DNA of 64,000 nucleotides from a bacterium (GTDB lineage Bacteria > Patescibacteriota > Minisyncoccia > Phycocordibacterales > UBA12079), in assembly GCA_018401295.1 (NCBI GenBank), contig JAGYLJ010000001.1, positions 27,901 through 91,900 of the forward strand. Direction: 5' to 3'. Position numbers and translations under genes: made by a program. The notes below the pieces were generated by a model. It was not told the DNA's origin. It worked only from the letters and a program-made list of their open reading frames with translations, and did not search any database. Below, in pieces: positions 9,435 to 19,528 of the stretch. Every line of letters begins with the position of its first letter. The first letter of the stretch is position 1.

Positions 9435-10148
9435 ATGAGTCTTATTGAGGTAAAAAATTTAAAGAGAACTTTTGAAGATGGTGTTAAAACCTATGCTTTG
9501 AAAGATACATCTTTTGTTATAGAGAAAGGTGAGTTTGTTGCCATTATGGGCCCTTCTGGGTCTGGAAAGTCTACTTTAATGCATATTTTAGGTTTACTTG
9601 ATAGAGCTTCTGGCGGGAAGTTTATTTTTAATGGTAAGGACGTTTCCAAATTAGATGATAACGAATTAGCTTCTTTACGTAATGAAGAAATCGGATTTGT
9701 TTTTCAATCTTTTAATTTGCTTCAAAGAACAACTGTTTTAGATAATGTCATTCTTCCTTTAATTTATTCTGATAATAAAATTAATGCCAAAAAAAGAGCG
9801 GAAGAGGTTTTGGAAAGTGTTGGGTTATCACATCGTCTTGACCATTATACCAACCAAATTTCTGGTGGGGAAAAACAGAGAGTAGCCATTGCTCGAGCTT
9901 TGGTAAATAAAGCTTCGGTTATTTTTGCTGATGAACCTACAGGGAATTTAGATTCAAAGTCAGGTGCACAGATTATGAAAATCTTACAAAGATTAAACGA
10001 CGATGGAAACACTATTATTTTAGTAACCCACGAAACTTACACAGCAGAATGTGCTAAAAGAATCTTGAAAATGAAGGATGGAGAATTAGTCTCGGATGAA
10101 AAAGTTGTAAATCGAAGAAAAGTTAACGTGGAAGATGTGATTAAATAA
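9435..10148 (+). CDS. ABC transporter ATP-binding protein (MacB/LolD family)
   Basis: Walker A 'GPSGSGKST', signature 'LSGGEKQRVAIARAL', Walker B 'IFADEPTGNLD', H-loop 'VTHE'. Confidence 0.9.
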   Translation: MSLIEVKNLKRTFEDGVKTYALKDTSFVIEKGEFVAIMGPSGSGKSTLMHILGLLDRASGGKFIFNGKDVSKLDDNELASLRNEEIGFVFQSFNLLQRTTVLDNVILPLIYSDNKINAKKRAEEVLESVGLSHRLDHYTNQISGGEKQRVAIARALVNKASVIFADEPTGNLDSKSGAQIMKILQRLNDDGNTIILVTHETYTAECAKRILKMKDGELVSDEKVVNRRKVNVEDVIK

Positions 10149-10155
10149 TAGGATC

Positions 10156-11406
10156 GTGTTTAAAACACTTATACAATCTGTCAAAATAGCTACTACGTCG
10201 CTTTTGAGTAATAAGATTCAAAGTTTTTTAACAATGCTTGGTATTGTTATCGGTGTGGCTTCTGTCATTGTAATTATGTCTATTGGGTCTGGAGTTCAAA
10301 GTTTAATTTTATCGGAAATAAAAAATTTAGGAACTAATCTGATCGCTGTAATCCCTGGGCATGGTGATGATGAAGACCCATTCGCCTCCATGGGTGGGTT
10401 TGCTGTTACTACATTAACCTATGATGACGCTGTTGCTTTAAGAAATAAACAAGATGTTCCTAATGTGATAGCTGTTGCAGCTTACAGTCGAGGTTTTGGC
10501 ACCGCTGAATGGAAATCAGAGACCTATAGTACTTCTTTGACAGGAACAACCGCTAGTCATATTGATGTCATGGGAGGAGAATTAAAGGAAGGGCGCTTTT
10601 TTAATTCAGAAGAGGAAAATAGATTTTCTAGGGTAGCAGTTTTAGGAAACGATGTCAGAGATGAGTTATTTGGTCAATCGGATTCTGTTGGTCAAAAAAT
10701 AAAAGTGAATGATTATACCTTTGATGTTATTGGTGTTATGGAGGAAAGGGGTGTTGTCATTATGGAGGATTATGATGACCAAATTTTTATTCCTATAAAA
10801 ACAGCTCAAAGAATGATGGGTGTTAATTATGTTGGTTTTATAAGAATTAAGGTTAATTCGGAAGAGGATATCCCACAGACAGAAGAAGATGTAAAAGCGA
10901 TACTAAGAGAAAGACATAATATTAATGATAGGAGTGGAGGGAAGGATGATTTTATGGTAAAGAACACGGCTGAGGCGCTTGATATGATTACTGAGATTAC
11001 TGATTCCCTGAGATATTTTTTGGCTATTATGGCGGCTATGTCTTTGGTAGTTGGTGGAATAGGAATTATGAATATTATGTTTATTTCTGTGACCGAAAGA
11101 ACTAGGGAAGTTGGTTTGAGAAAAGCTCTAGGGGCTAAAAATTTTCATGTATTGGGTCAATTTTTAGTAGAGGCAATTTTTGTTACTTTAATCGGAGGGA
11201 TCATAGGAATAATCTTTGGGGTAGCCATATCTTTTTTTATTACCATAGGAGCCCACTTACTAGGATATGAATGGGATTTTATTATCTCATTAGGATCAGT
11301 TGTCTTAGCATTGGTTGTTTCTTCTGGTGTTGGTTTATTTTTTGGATTCTATCCAGCTTTTAAGGCTAGTAAACTTAACCCTATCAAGGCGTTACGTTAT
11401 GAATAA
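10156..11406 (+). CDS. ABC transporter permease (MacB_PCD + FtsX domain)
   Basis: N-terminal TM, large periplasmic domain, C-terminal FtsX motif 'GGIGIMNIM..SVTERTREVGLRKALGA'. Confidence 0.85.
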   Translation: MFKTLIQSVKIATTSLLSNKIQSFLTMLGIVIGVASVIVIMSIGSGVQSLILSEIKNLGTNLIAVIPGHGDDEDPFASMGGFAVTTLTYDDAVALRNKQDVPNVIAVAAYSRGFGTAEWKSETYSTSLTGTTASHIDVMGGELKEGRFFNSEEENRFSRVAVLGNDVRDELFGQSDSVGQKIKVNDYTFDVIGVMEERGVVIMEDYDDQIFIPIKTAQRMMGVNYVGFIRIKVNSEEDIPQTEEDVKAILRERHNINDRSGGKDDFMVKNTAEALDMITEITDSLRYFLAIMAAMSLVVGGIGIMNIMFISVTERTREVGLRKALGAKNFHVLGQFLVEAIFVTLIGGIIGIIFGVAISFFITIGAHLLGYEWDFIISLGSVVLALVVSSGVGLFFGFYPAFKASKLNPIKALRYE

Positions 11407-11424
11407 ATTATTTTCAAATTTTAT

Positions 11425-12729
11425 ATGAATTCTTATTTTTCAGCGATAAAATTATCTTTTAAACTGGCTATGACTTCATTTTCTGCTCAGAAGTTAAGGA
11501 CTTTTTTGGCTGTTTTAGGGGTGACCATAGGTATCTCCAGTATTATAATGGTTTTTTCGGCTGGGGAAGGTATTAAAGGGATTGTCTTAAATCAAGTTGA
11601 ATCATTTGGTTCTGATTCTATTCAGGTCGAAGTGAAGGTTCCTAGTAGTAAAAAAGGTGTAGCTAGTGAAGCCCAGAGTGCTGCAGCACTTTTGCAGGGT
11701 GCACAAGTGACTACCTTGAAATTAGATGATTTGGAAGACCTTTTGGATTTACCTAATGTAATTGGAGGTTATGGGGTGTTTATGAGCAGTCAAAGAATTA
11801 CCTATCGTAATGAAATTTATAATTCTTTTGTTTGGTCAACAAATAGTTCTTTTATAGATATCGATTCGACTGAGTTATCCTGCGGTAGATTTTTTACTAA
11901 GATAGAAAATGATTCTTTGGCTAATGTCGTTATCCTGGGGGCTAAGATTAAAGAAAAACTTTTTGGAGAAAGCGATCCAATAGGGAGAAATATAAAAATT
12001 AATGATACTGGTTTTGAAGTAATAGGTGTAATGGAAGAAAGAGGTGCACTTATGTCCTTTGATTTTGATGAATTCGTATATACTCCTATTAATACAATGC
12101 ATAAGAAAGTTTTAGGGATAGATTTTCTGCATAATATAATTTTGAAGGTAGAAGATGTTTCCATAATAGAAGAAACTCTTGAAAATACTAGGATTATTTT
12201 GAGAGAAAATCATGATATTAAACCGCCTGAGGAAGATAGGGACGGTTGGATGGATACGGGTAAAGATGATTTTCGTGTCATGGCTATGACCGAAATTTTA
12301 GAAATTTTTGATACCATGTCTGCTGTCCTGACTTTATTATTGCTTGTTATCGTAGCAATTTCTTTGGTAGTTGGAGGAATAAGCGTTATGAATGTAATGT
12401 TTGTTATTGTAAATGAGAGAACGCCGGAGATAGGTTTAAGGAAAGCCGTGGGGGCAAAATATAAAGATATAATGCTCCAGTTTTTGGTGGAGTCAGTCCT
12501 AATAACCTTAGCAGGAGGGTTGATCGGGAGTCTTTTGGGCTCAGTTATTTCTTATATTATTTCGGTGGGGGCTAATTCCTATGGGATTGATTGGAATTTT
12601 GTTTTACCGTTTAGAGCTTTTGTTACTGCGGGAGTTTTTTCAGTAATTTTTGGTATTTTGTTTGGAACTACTCCTGCTAGGAAGGCCGCAAAAATGAACC
12701 CAATTAAAGCTTTACGTCACGAGCAATAA
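11425..12729 (+). CDS. Second, divergent ABC transporter permease (MacB_PCD + FtsX domain)
   Basis: Same architecture as 10156..11406; 'GGISVMNVM..VNERTPEIGLRKAVGA'. Confidence 0.85.
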   Translation: MNSYFSAIKLSFKLAMTSFSAQKLRTFLAVLGVTIGISSIIMVFSAGEGIKGIVLNQVESFGSDSIQVEVKVPSSKKGVASEAQSAAALLQGAQVTTLKLDDLEDLLDLPNVIGGYGVFMSSQRITYRNEIYNSFVWSTNSSFIDIDSTELSCGRFFTKIENDSLANVVILGAKIKEKLFGESDPIGRNIKINDTGFEVIGVMEERGALMSFDFDEFVYTPINTMHKKVLGIDFLHNIILKVEDVSIIEETLENTRIILRENHDIKPPEEDRDGWMDTGKDDFRVMAMTEILEIFDTMSAVLTLLLLVIVAISLVVGGISVMNVMFVIVNERTPEIGLRKAVGAKYKDIMLQFLVESVLITLAGGLIGSLLGSVISYIISVGANSYGIDWNFVLPFRAFVTAGVFSVIFGILFGTTPARKAAKMNPIKALRHEQ

Positions 12730-12819
12730 ATATCAAATTTTAATGGTAATTTCACTGATCATTGCTTTAAAAGGTTAAAGGGCATAGAATTAACTCTATA
12801 TTAGTTAATTAAAATCATT

Positions 12820-13389
12820 ATGGATAATTTTAAGAGAGGAAATAAATTTAGTGGTGGAAACAAAGGTAGAAAGTTCGGGGGGAAGAGTTTTGGAGGTGAT
12901 AGGGGAGGAAAAAGAAGTTTTGGTGGAGGAAGAGGAGGTGAGAGGTCCGAAATGTTTTCAACTGTCTGTAGTGATTGTGGAAAGAACTGTGAAGTGCCTT
13001 TTAGGCCAACTGGTGAGAAGCCTGTATTTTGTAGTGATTGTTTCAGAAATAGGGGAGAAAATAATTCTAGAGATTCTCGAGGAGGTGATAGGGGTTTTGG
13101 AGGAAGAGATTTTAAACCACGTCTTGAAGATAAAAATAGAGGGTTACCTAATTACAAAGCACAATTTGAATCCTTAAATATTAAATTAGACAAGATTCTT
13201 AAGTTGCTAACACCGGTCACAGAAGAGACATTTGTAGTTGGTTTTTCAAAGCCTAAGAAAGTTGAGAAGTTGCCTAAAAAGGAAGTTTCTGTTGTTGCTC
13301 TTAAGAAAGCAATTAAAAAAACAGTTGAGAAAAAACCAGTTGTAAAGAAAAAAGTAACAAAGAAGAAGGTCGTAAAAAAGAAGAAATAA
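12820..13389 (+). CDS. CxxC-x17-CxxC domain protein with an RGG-rich N-terminus and a Lys-rich tail
   Basis: 'CSDCGKNCEVPFRPTGEKPVFCSDCF' is flanked by GG(R/K) repeats. The C-terminus is 'KKPVVKKKVTKKKVVKKKK'. Confidence 0.7.
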   Translation: MDNFKRGNKFSGGNKGRKFGGKSFGGDRGGKRSFGGGRGGERSEMFSTVCSDCGKNCEVPFRPTGEKPVFCSDCFRNRGENNSRDSRGGDRGFGGRDFKPRLEDKNRGLPNYKAQFESLNIKLDKILKLLTPVTEETFVVGFSKPKKVEKLPKKEVSVVALKKAIKKTVEKKPVVKKKVTKKKVVKKKK

Positions 13390-13412
13390 TTTGACTCTAA
13401 AATAGATAAAAT

Positions 13413-13445
13413 AAAAATCCTCCTAAACAGGAGGATTTTTATTTT
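13413..13445. terminator. Bidirectional rho-independent terminator
   Basis: aaaaatcctcct-aaac-aggaggattttt, followed by atttt, between convergent genes. Confidence 0.7.
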
Positions 13446-13475
13446 AGTTTGGGTGAGTTAATAGAAAATATTTTT

Positions 13476-14687
13476 TTATCTAATTCCACTATCACAGGTC
13501 AGGCTTTCTTTAATGATTAGACTAGGTTCAATTGTTACATTTTTTGTCTCACAAAAAGGAAAAGGTTTTCCTCCTATAGCTTGTAAACCGTATTCTCCTG
13601 GTGGTAACATTATTTCAAATTTTCCGTCTTTGTCTGTTTCAATAACAGCAAAGGGTGAGCTTTTTGGACTACCTGTTCTGATAACTTGAACTGTGGTTTG
13701 GTAAGGTTTGTCTGCGCAATTAGGATCGGCCGGTTCTTTTACAACAGGGCAGGTCGGTCCAAGGAAAACTTCTCCTGTCACCCCAGAATCAAAAGGTAAG
13801 ATACCTGTAGGCTGGTCACCTTTTTGTTTATAATAGTCAAAAAGAGCTTTAACACCAGCGAGATTTTGTTCCCAATCAATTGATTCGTGAGTTTCTAACT
13901 CCACAGTAATAGCGGGGATATTTATTGAGGCTAACCAACCTTCGGCATCCCCGGTTACGGGGTAACTATCAAAAGTTGCAATAGCTTTATAACCAGAAGC
14001 TTTTGCATAGGTATTCATGATGTTAAGTGTTTCTGGGAGAACACCCTTTTCGCATTCAGAAGCATAAACAGCGTTTGACTGACTGTGCCAAAAAATGACA
14101 GCGAGTGGACTTTTATTTAAGACAAAATTTTTAATAGCTTGTGCTTCTGGCTCTGAAAAAGCTGAAGATCCAGCACTAACAGGTTGGCTTCTCCATGTGC
14201 TTTCTGGTTGCCACTTACAGTCAAAGTTACGATTAAGATCAACTTCATTAGCATTAAATCTTCCAGAGACAGTAGCTTCGCTATCTGGAATATCAGCTGT
14301 GGTGAAACGGTCTTCTTTTCCTGTAACCTTATAAATTCCGTCTGGGTTAGCAGAAGGGATAATTGTAACAGATAAATTGTCCGGAATAATTTCTGGATTA
14401 GCTTCTAGATAATCCATAAATCTATAAGCAAGTAGAACACTGTTCCATTCATATCCACCATGAATACCTCCGACAAATGCAATGTTTTCTGAACCGTTTC
14501 CGTAGGTGTATGCATCAATTGTCCTTCCTTCCACTGAAGAGCCTATGATATTGTGTTGTGGTGTATTGTCTTCTACTTGAATTAGTTCCTCAGGAATATT
14601 TTCTTCTTTATTTTTTAACAGATAGAAAGTAATAAAACCTCCTCCCAAGATAGCGAGAGTAATGATAATTATAATTGTTCTTTTCAT
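13476..14687 (-). CDS. M14-family zinc carboxypeptidase with an extra C-terminal beta-rich domain
   Basis: 'GGIHGGYEWNS', 'IIPSANPDG' and 'NANEVDLNRNFDC' are M14 motifs. N-terminal TM anchor. About 100 extra C-terminal residues relative to its neighbour. Confidence 0.75.
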   Translation of the reverse strand: MKRTIIIIITLAILGGGFITFYLLKNKEENIPEELIQVEDNTPQHNIIGSSVEGRTIDAYTYGNGSENIAFVGGIHGGYEWNSVLLAYRFMDYLEANPEIIPDNLSVTIIPSANPDGIYKVTGKEDRFTTADIPDSEATVSGRFNANEVDLNRNFDCKWQPESTWRSQPVSAGSSAFSEPEAQAIKNFVLNKSPLAVIFWHSQSNAVYASECEKGVLPETLNIMNTYAKASGYKAIATFDSYPVTGDAEGWLASINIPAITVELETHESIDWEQNLAGVKALFDYYKQKGDQPTGILPFDSGVTGEVFLGPTCPVVKEPADPNCADKPYQTTVQVIRTGSPKSSPFAVIETDKDGKFEIMLPPGEYGLQAIGGKPFPFCETKNVTIEPSLIIKESLTCDSGIR

Positions 14688-14699
14688 AGAAAAATCTTT

Positions 14700-15617
14700 T
14701 TATTTTTTGTAATATTTAAGCAAGGATTCAATTCCGGCTTTATTTTTTGACCACTCGGTGTTGTTGTGATCTGTGAGTAAAACACTGATAGCAGGGACTC
14801 CTTCTTTTGCTAACCAATTAACCATATCACCGGTTATTGCATAGGAATCAAATTCCGAGTAACCAGTATAACCGGAAGCTTTCGCGTAGGTGCTTGTAAG
14901 TGTTTTGGTTTCTGCCAAGATTTCATTATTGCAGCTTGATGAGTAGACACCTCCAGCTGCGCTATACCAAACTACAACAGCTTGTGGCTGATTATTTTCT
15001 ATATAACTTTTAATAGCTTGACTTTCTGGTTCAGAAAAAACAGAACTTCCTCCGCTAACTGTTTTATTTTGCCACAGTCCTGTTGTTTTCCAATTACAAT
15101 CAAAATTTCTGTTGAGGTCTACTTCATTAGAGTTAAAACGACCAGCAACTACTGTTGTTTGGGAAGTGGAGACATCGGTTAAATCAAATCTACCAGAGGT
15201 TCCAACTACTTTATTCAAACCATCTGGATTTAGAACTGGGATAATTGTAACTTTTAGATTAGTTGGGATAACACTAGGATTGGCTTCCAAATAATCCATT
15301 GCTTCGTAAGCGAGAAGAACTGTGTTCCATTCATATCCACCATGAATACCTCCAACAAATAAAATTTCTGTGTCTCCTGTGCCATAGGTGTAAGCTGTAA
15401 TGTCCCGTCCATCAACAGATTTGCCTATTATAGGATTTTTATCTTTTATAACTTGTTCTTCTGGTGGGCTAATGGGAGTTTCGTTGCTTTTTGGTGGAAC
15501 TATATTATTGGTTGTTTCGTTTTGATATACATCTACGGAAGGAGAATCTGACATTAGAAAATAAAGACCAAAACCAACAACAACTAAAACTAGGGCTATA
15601 ATTATAATGTTTTTCAT
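14700..15617 (-). CDS. M14-family zinc carboxypeptidase (tandem paralogue)
   Basis: 'GGIHGGYEWNT', 'IIPVLNPDG' and 'NSNEVDLNRNFDC'; clearly paralogous to 13476..14687. Confidence 0.75.
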   Translation of the reverse strand: MKNIIIIALVLVVVGFGLYFLMSDSPSVDVYQNETTNNIVPPKSNETPISPPEEQVIKDKNPIIGKSVDGRDITAYTYGTGDTEILFVGGIHGGYEWNTVLLAYEAMDYLEANPSVIPTNLKVTIIPVLNPDGLNKVVGTSGRFDLTDVSTSQTTVVAGRFNSNEVDLNRNFDCNWKTTGLWQNKTVSGGSSVFSEPESQAIKSYIENNQPQAVVVWYSAAGGVYSSSCNNEILAETKTLTSTYAKASGYTGYSEFDSYAITGDMVNWLAKEGVPAISVLLTDHNNTEWSKNKAGIESLLKYYKK

Positions 15618-15734
15618 GATTTTATTTAATAATTAATAATAACTAAATTATACCACAAGTGGAGAGATATTAAAAAACAATGACTTTTAAACAGACAATA
15701 ACTACAGAATTTGTGTTTATTATGAGGATACAAA

Positions 15735-16121
15735 TTATTTTTTGTTTAGAGAATCTCTGATTTCTCTCAAAAGAAGAATTTCTTCAGATGGTTTTGATGG
15801 TTTTGCTTCTTCTTTTTTATTAAAACGATTGATTTGTTTTATTACTAGGAAAATAGCTAAAGCTATGATTATAAAATCAAGAGCAGTGTTTATAAAAGTT
15901 CCGTAATTAAGAGTTACCACTTGAGTTTCTTCAGTTGCTTTTTTTAAGATTATAGATAAGTTAGAAAAATCCACACCTCCTGTCAAAACACCAATAGGTG
16001 GCATGATAATGTCAGAAACAAAGGAACTGACGATTTTTCCAAAAGCAGTTCCTATGACAATTCCGACTGCCATATCTATGACATTTCCTTTGATAGCAAA
16101 ATTTTTAAATTCTTTAAACAT
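15735..16121 (-). CDS. mscL: Large-conductance mechanosensitive channel
   Basis: '[44 protein letters not shown]' is the canonical MscL N-terminus. Confidence 0.9.
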   Translation of the reverse strand: MFKEFKNFAIKGNVIDMAVGIVIGTAFGKIVSSFVSDIIMPPIGVLTGGVDFSNLSIILKKATEETQVVTLNYGTFINTALDFIIIALAIFLVIKQINRFNKKEEAKPSKPSEEILLLREIRDSLNKK

Positions 16122-16184
16122 AATTAAATAGATTAGGTTTATAATTTCTAATTATATCATCTTCTCTAGAAGGGAACAGGGGGT

Positions 16185-16784
16185 TTATTTTTTTGGATAC
16201 TCCTTCTTTAAAATATAAAACATGGCTATAATTGCACCGAATAAGTTAGAAACTAGATCTAATGCTGTATTTTCATAACCTCCAACCCCTGAATTTGGCA
16301 TGATAACTGTGATAATAAATTCTATAATTTCATTGAATGCTCCCACCCCTAGACCAGCCATAATCATAACGACAGAAAGAGCCACCTTACCGATGTTTTC
16401 TTTTATAAGGTAAGGTTTAATTAGATAAAACATAACCAAGGTTGCAATACCAAAACCAAATAAATGTACAAATTGATCATATTTTAAGATATTGTAAGGT
16501 TCACCTACGAGTGGAAAAAGTATCAACTCATAAACCTTTTTTCCACCTAGATAAATACCTCCGCCGGTCATGTGCAGTAAAGACCAAACGGTTAAACCCC
16601 AAAGGACCACTGGTGGGTAATTAATTTTATTTCTTGTCATCCATATGATAAGTAAAAAGAAGATGATTACACCAACATAGATTAAAAACTCAAGATTTTT
16701 TTTAGAGATGAATATAAAAGAAAAAAGAGCAAGCAAAGCGATATTTATGGAAAGAAGAAGTTTATAGTTTTTTAATTTTTGCAT
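16185..16784 (-). CDS. Polytopic membrane protein, unknown function
   Basis: 199-aa ORF with about 6 hydrophobic helices. Confidence 0.45.
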   Translation of the reverse strand: MQKLKNYKLLLSINIALLALFSFIFISKKNLEFLIYVGVIIFFLLIIWMTRNKINYPPVVLWGLTVWSLLHMTGGGIYLGGKKVYELILFPLVGEPYNILKYDQFVHLFGFGIATLVMFYLIKPYLIKENIGKVALSVVMIMAGLGVGAFNEIIEFIITVIMPNSGVGGYENTALDLVSNLFGAIIAMFYILKKEYPKK

Positions 16785-16804
16785 AGATTATCTATATATT
16801 ATGT

Positions 16805-17083
16805 TTATTTGCGTAATTTTTTTCTCCAATGACGTTTTTCGATGTAGACAATTTTCCACCACTTTCGACCGAGTGAAAAACCTAAAAAGATACCGAGTAA
16901 TATAATCCCGATTGAGAAATATTGTGGGACATAGCCATACTCATAGAGATAGAAATATGGGTCAGGTTGTACTCCTAAAGAAAGTGCGTGGTTAATTATC
17001 CACCTCTCAGCTAGTATAACAACCATACTACTTGAAATAAATCCAAGGAGGGTAGAGAAAAAAATATAAATGTTTTTTTTCAT
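16805..17083 (-). CDS. Small membrane protein, unknown function
   Basis: 92-aa ORF with two TM helices and a basic C-terminus. Confidence 0.4.
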   Translation of the reverse strand: MKKNIYIFFSTLLGFISSSMVVILAERWIINHALSLGVQPDPYFYLYEYGYVPQYFSIGIILLGIFLGFSLGRKWWKIVYIEKRHWRKKLRK

Positions 17084-17113
17084 AGTGTTCTTTTTATATT
17101 ATAGTTTTTAATT

Positions 17114-17299
17114 TTAGGCTCCTATAAATTTGAGAAGCCCGTGGACAAGAAAAACAGGCCAAACAATTGCTTTTAAAACACCTAAAACACCCATTCCAAA
17201 ACTAGTTGCTATAGAGATATAATAAATTACTGCACCAACAAAGCCCAGCATGTAACTCATACTCGAACACTCTTTACCACATATCATTTTTTTGCTCAT
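17114..17299 (-). CDS. Small membrane protein, unknown function
   Basis: 61-aa ORF with two TM helices. Confidence 0.35.
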   Translation of the reverse strand: MSKKMICGKECSSMSYMLGFVGAVIYYISIATSFGMGVLGVLKAIVWPVFLVHGLLKFIGA

Positions 17300-17411
17300 G
17301 AATTTTATTTTTATTAATAATAAATATAATTATATCAAAAGAGGTTATTCGTTTTGATTTTATGGTTATGTTATAATTATAACATTAATAAAATTAAATA
17401 AAATAAAATTT

Positions 17412-19505
17412 ATGGAACAAAATTATGAAGACAATTTAGAGGAAATAATTTTGGGTATAGAGGAAAAACCTAAACGTAACGATAAAAAAATTGTAATTCT
17501 TATTTTTGTTTTGGTAGGTATTATTAGTGTTTTGCTTATTCTATCTGCTCTTAGATCAACTGGCCAATTAGGACCTTCTTTACCTGGGCCGGTAACAGAA
17601 CACATAAAATTAAAGAAAGTTAAAGTAGACGAAGCCAAAGATGCTTTGTTAAATGGAGAGATTGATATGTTTGTTGGATCTATTGATCACGATGATGCTC
17701 AAGAACTGGAAGATAATAAAAATTTCACTCTTTATCCTGCTGTTTCTACCATGGTTGGATTTTATGTTAATCCTTACCCTGATTCAAAAGAAGAACTTAA
17801 TCCTTTTTCTATTCAGAAAGTAAGATATGCTATGCAGTTCTTATTAGATAAACAAAAAATGGTTGATAATCTCTATTCTGGTTTTGCTCAGGTTACTCAA
17901 ACTGTCCCTTGGACTGAACATCCTAGTTATAATCAAATTAAAAAATCTGTTGAAAGTCTGGACATCAGTTATGACGAGGAAAAGGCTTTATCTTTAATTA
18001 AATCCGGTATGGAGGAAGCCGGTGCAGTTTTAGAGTCAGGTGCTTGGATTTACAATCAGGAACCTGTTAATATCATAATTTCTTATTCTAATTGGGATAA
18101 ATCTATAGAGATAGCTTCTTTATTAGACGAAGCTCTTAAAAAAGCGGGCTTTATGACAACTTTAGTTTACTCGGATATGGAAGACGACGATGCTGAGCCA
18201 CCTGAATCGTATACAGACGCAGCTGAGCTAAAATGGCATATTTCTATTAGTGGTTGGATTTACTATAATCAAAGTCAAGTTCTAGACGCAGCAATTTTGG
18301 GTTCCTATGTAAGTGATGGGTGGTGGGAGTATGAAAATGAGGATATTAAAAAATTGGAAGAAGATTTGAGTAATTCTAAATCAGATAAAGAAAGACAAAA
18401 TATAAATAGTGAATTAGCAAAGAAATATTTGGAGGATTCTACTGGCGTTTGGTTATTGGCGGTTGATAGTATTTCAGTTGCAAGAAATGACATCAAAGGG
18501 CTTATTCAGGATCCTTATGTAGGAATTGGTAATTATACTAATATTAGGGAAGCTTATATAGAAGGTAAAGATACTTTAATAATTGGATTACCTTCCCTTT
18601 ATAGAGAAGGGGACTCCTGGAACCACTTTTCAGTAAATGGCATAAATATGATGTATATCTTGAATAGTGTTCATGACCCCTTTTCTTGGAATAAAACTTT
18701 GTCCCTAGAAGAGGATGGTTTTAGGGGATCTTTTGTTGTTAATAATAAAGGAGAGGATAAAGAAATAAGTCTTCCTGCTGATACTTTTTTTTGGGATTCA
18801 ATTAATAAGAAATGGCAACCGGTAGTAGATGGAGATAGAAAAGTAATAACCAAAATAAGTTATGATTTGTCTAATTATCTTGGTGATTCTTGGCACTATG
18901 GGCAAGAAATTACTTGGGCAGATATTATCTTTAATGTCGCTAGGAATTGGGATTTTTCTCTTGATGAAGAAAAATGGAGGTCGCAAGGTAACAATCAACG
19001 AAGTGAAGAATTTGACCCAATTATCGGTTTGAGAATTTCAGATCAGACATTAGAAGTTTATTTGGATGCCTGGTATTCTGGTTTACAAGATTTTTGGGTT
19101 ATCACAAGACTTTTGCAAAGAATCGCTCCTTGGGAGTTGTACACTGCTACCGACGATTTGGTTTTTGAACAAAATTTATACGATTATCATTTTGTTGATG
19201 GTTCAGATAGAGAAGAATTGAATGTATTTAATTCTAGCCATGTTGATAATATCTTTAAAACTTTGGAGAATTTTTCTTTTGCAAAAATTCAAGGGATGAT
19301 GACATTAGGTGATGACGTCTATGCTATAGAAGATGACCTAGGTCCGAGAGTGAGCTCTCTTAAGGAATGGTATATCCCTTATAGACATCTTTATATTAGC
19401 GATGGACCATTTTATATAAATGGTTTCAATATGGAAGAGGAGTCAGTTGATCTTAGGGCTTTTAGAGATATTTCATACCCTTTTTCTAAAGGGGATTGGA
19501 GATAG
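17412..19505 (+). CDS. Membrane-anchored extracellular solute-binding protein, family-5-like (peptide/nickel ABC SBP fold)
   Basis: N-terminal TM anchor. 'AKDALLNGEIDMFVG' resembles the family-5 'aL..GeiD' strip. The size is typical, but no transporter genes lie next to it. Confidence 0.45.
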   Translation: MEQNYEDNLEEIILGIEEKPKRNDKKIVILIFVLVGIISVLLILSALRSTGQLGPSLPGPVTEHIKLKKVKVDEAKDALLNGEIDMFVGSIDHDDAQELEDNKNFTLYPAVSTMVGFYVNPYPDSKEELNPFSIQKVRYAMQFLLDKQKMVDNLYSGFAQVTQTVPWTEHPSYNQIKKSVESLDISYDEEKALSLIKSGMEEAGAVLESGAWIYNQEPVNIIISYSNWDKSIEIASLLDEALKKAGFMTTLVYSDMEDDDAEPPESYTDAAELKWHISISGWIYYNQSQVLDAAILGSYVSDGWWEYENEDIKKLEEDLSNSKSDKERQNINSELAKKYLEDSTGVWLLAVDSISVARNDIKGLIQDPYVGIGNYTNIREAYIEGKDTLIIGLPSLYREGDSWNHFSVNGINMMYILNSVHDPFSWNKTLSLEEDGFRGSFVVNNKGEDKEISLPADTFFWDSINKKWQPVVDGDRKVITKISYDLSNYLGDSWHYGQEITWADIIFNVARNWDFSLDEEKWRSQGNNQRSEEFDPIIGLRISDQTLEVYLDAWYSGLQDFWVITRLLQRIAPWELYTATDDLVFEQNLYDYHFVDGSDREELNVFNSSHVDNIFKTLENFSFAKIQGMMTLGDDVYAIEDDLGPRVSSLKEWYIPYRHLYISDGPFYINGFNMEEESVDLRAFRDISYPFSKGDWR

Positions 19506-19528
19506 ATTATTTAATAGGATATAGCTTC

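Noticed and set aside
7780-12729. Efflux set with two different FtsX/MacB-type permeases, as an unusual system.
   Set aside because: An adaptor plus ATPase plus two paralogous permeases is a common MacAB/DevCA-like arrangement, and all motifs are canonical.
12851-13177. 108-aa ORF in an alternative frame of the CxxC-x17-CxxC gene.
   Set aside because: It has a same-strand overlap with a gene that carries a clear family motif, and its E/V-rich sequence is an artefact of the GGA/GAA-rich repeats.
13476-15617. Tandem M14 carboxypeptidase paralogues as a possible novelty.
   Set aside because: This is an ordinary tandem duplication of cell-wall peptidases. Only the extra C-terminal domain of the first copy differs, and nothing suggests a new system.
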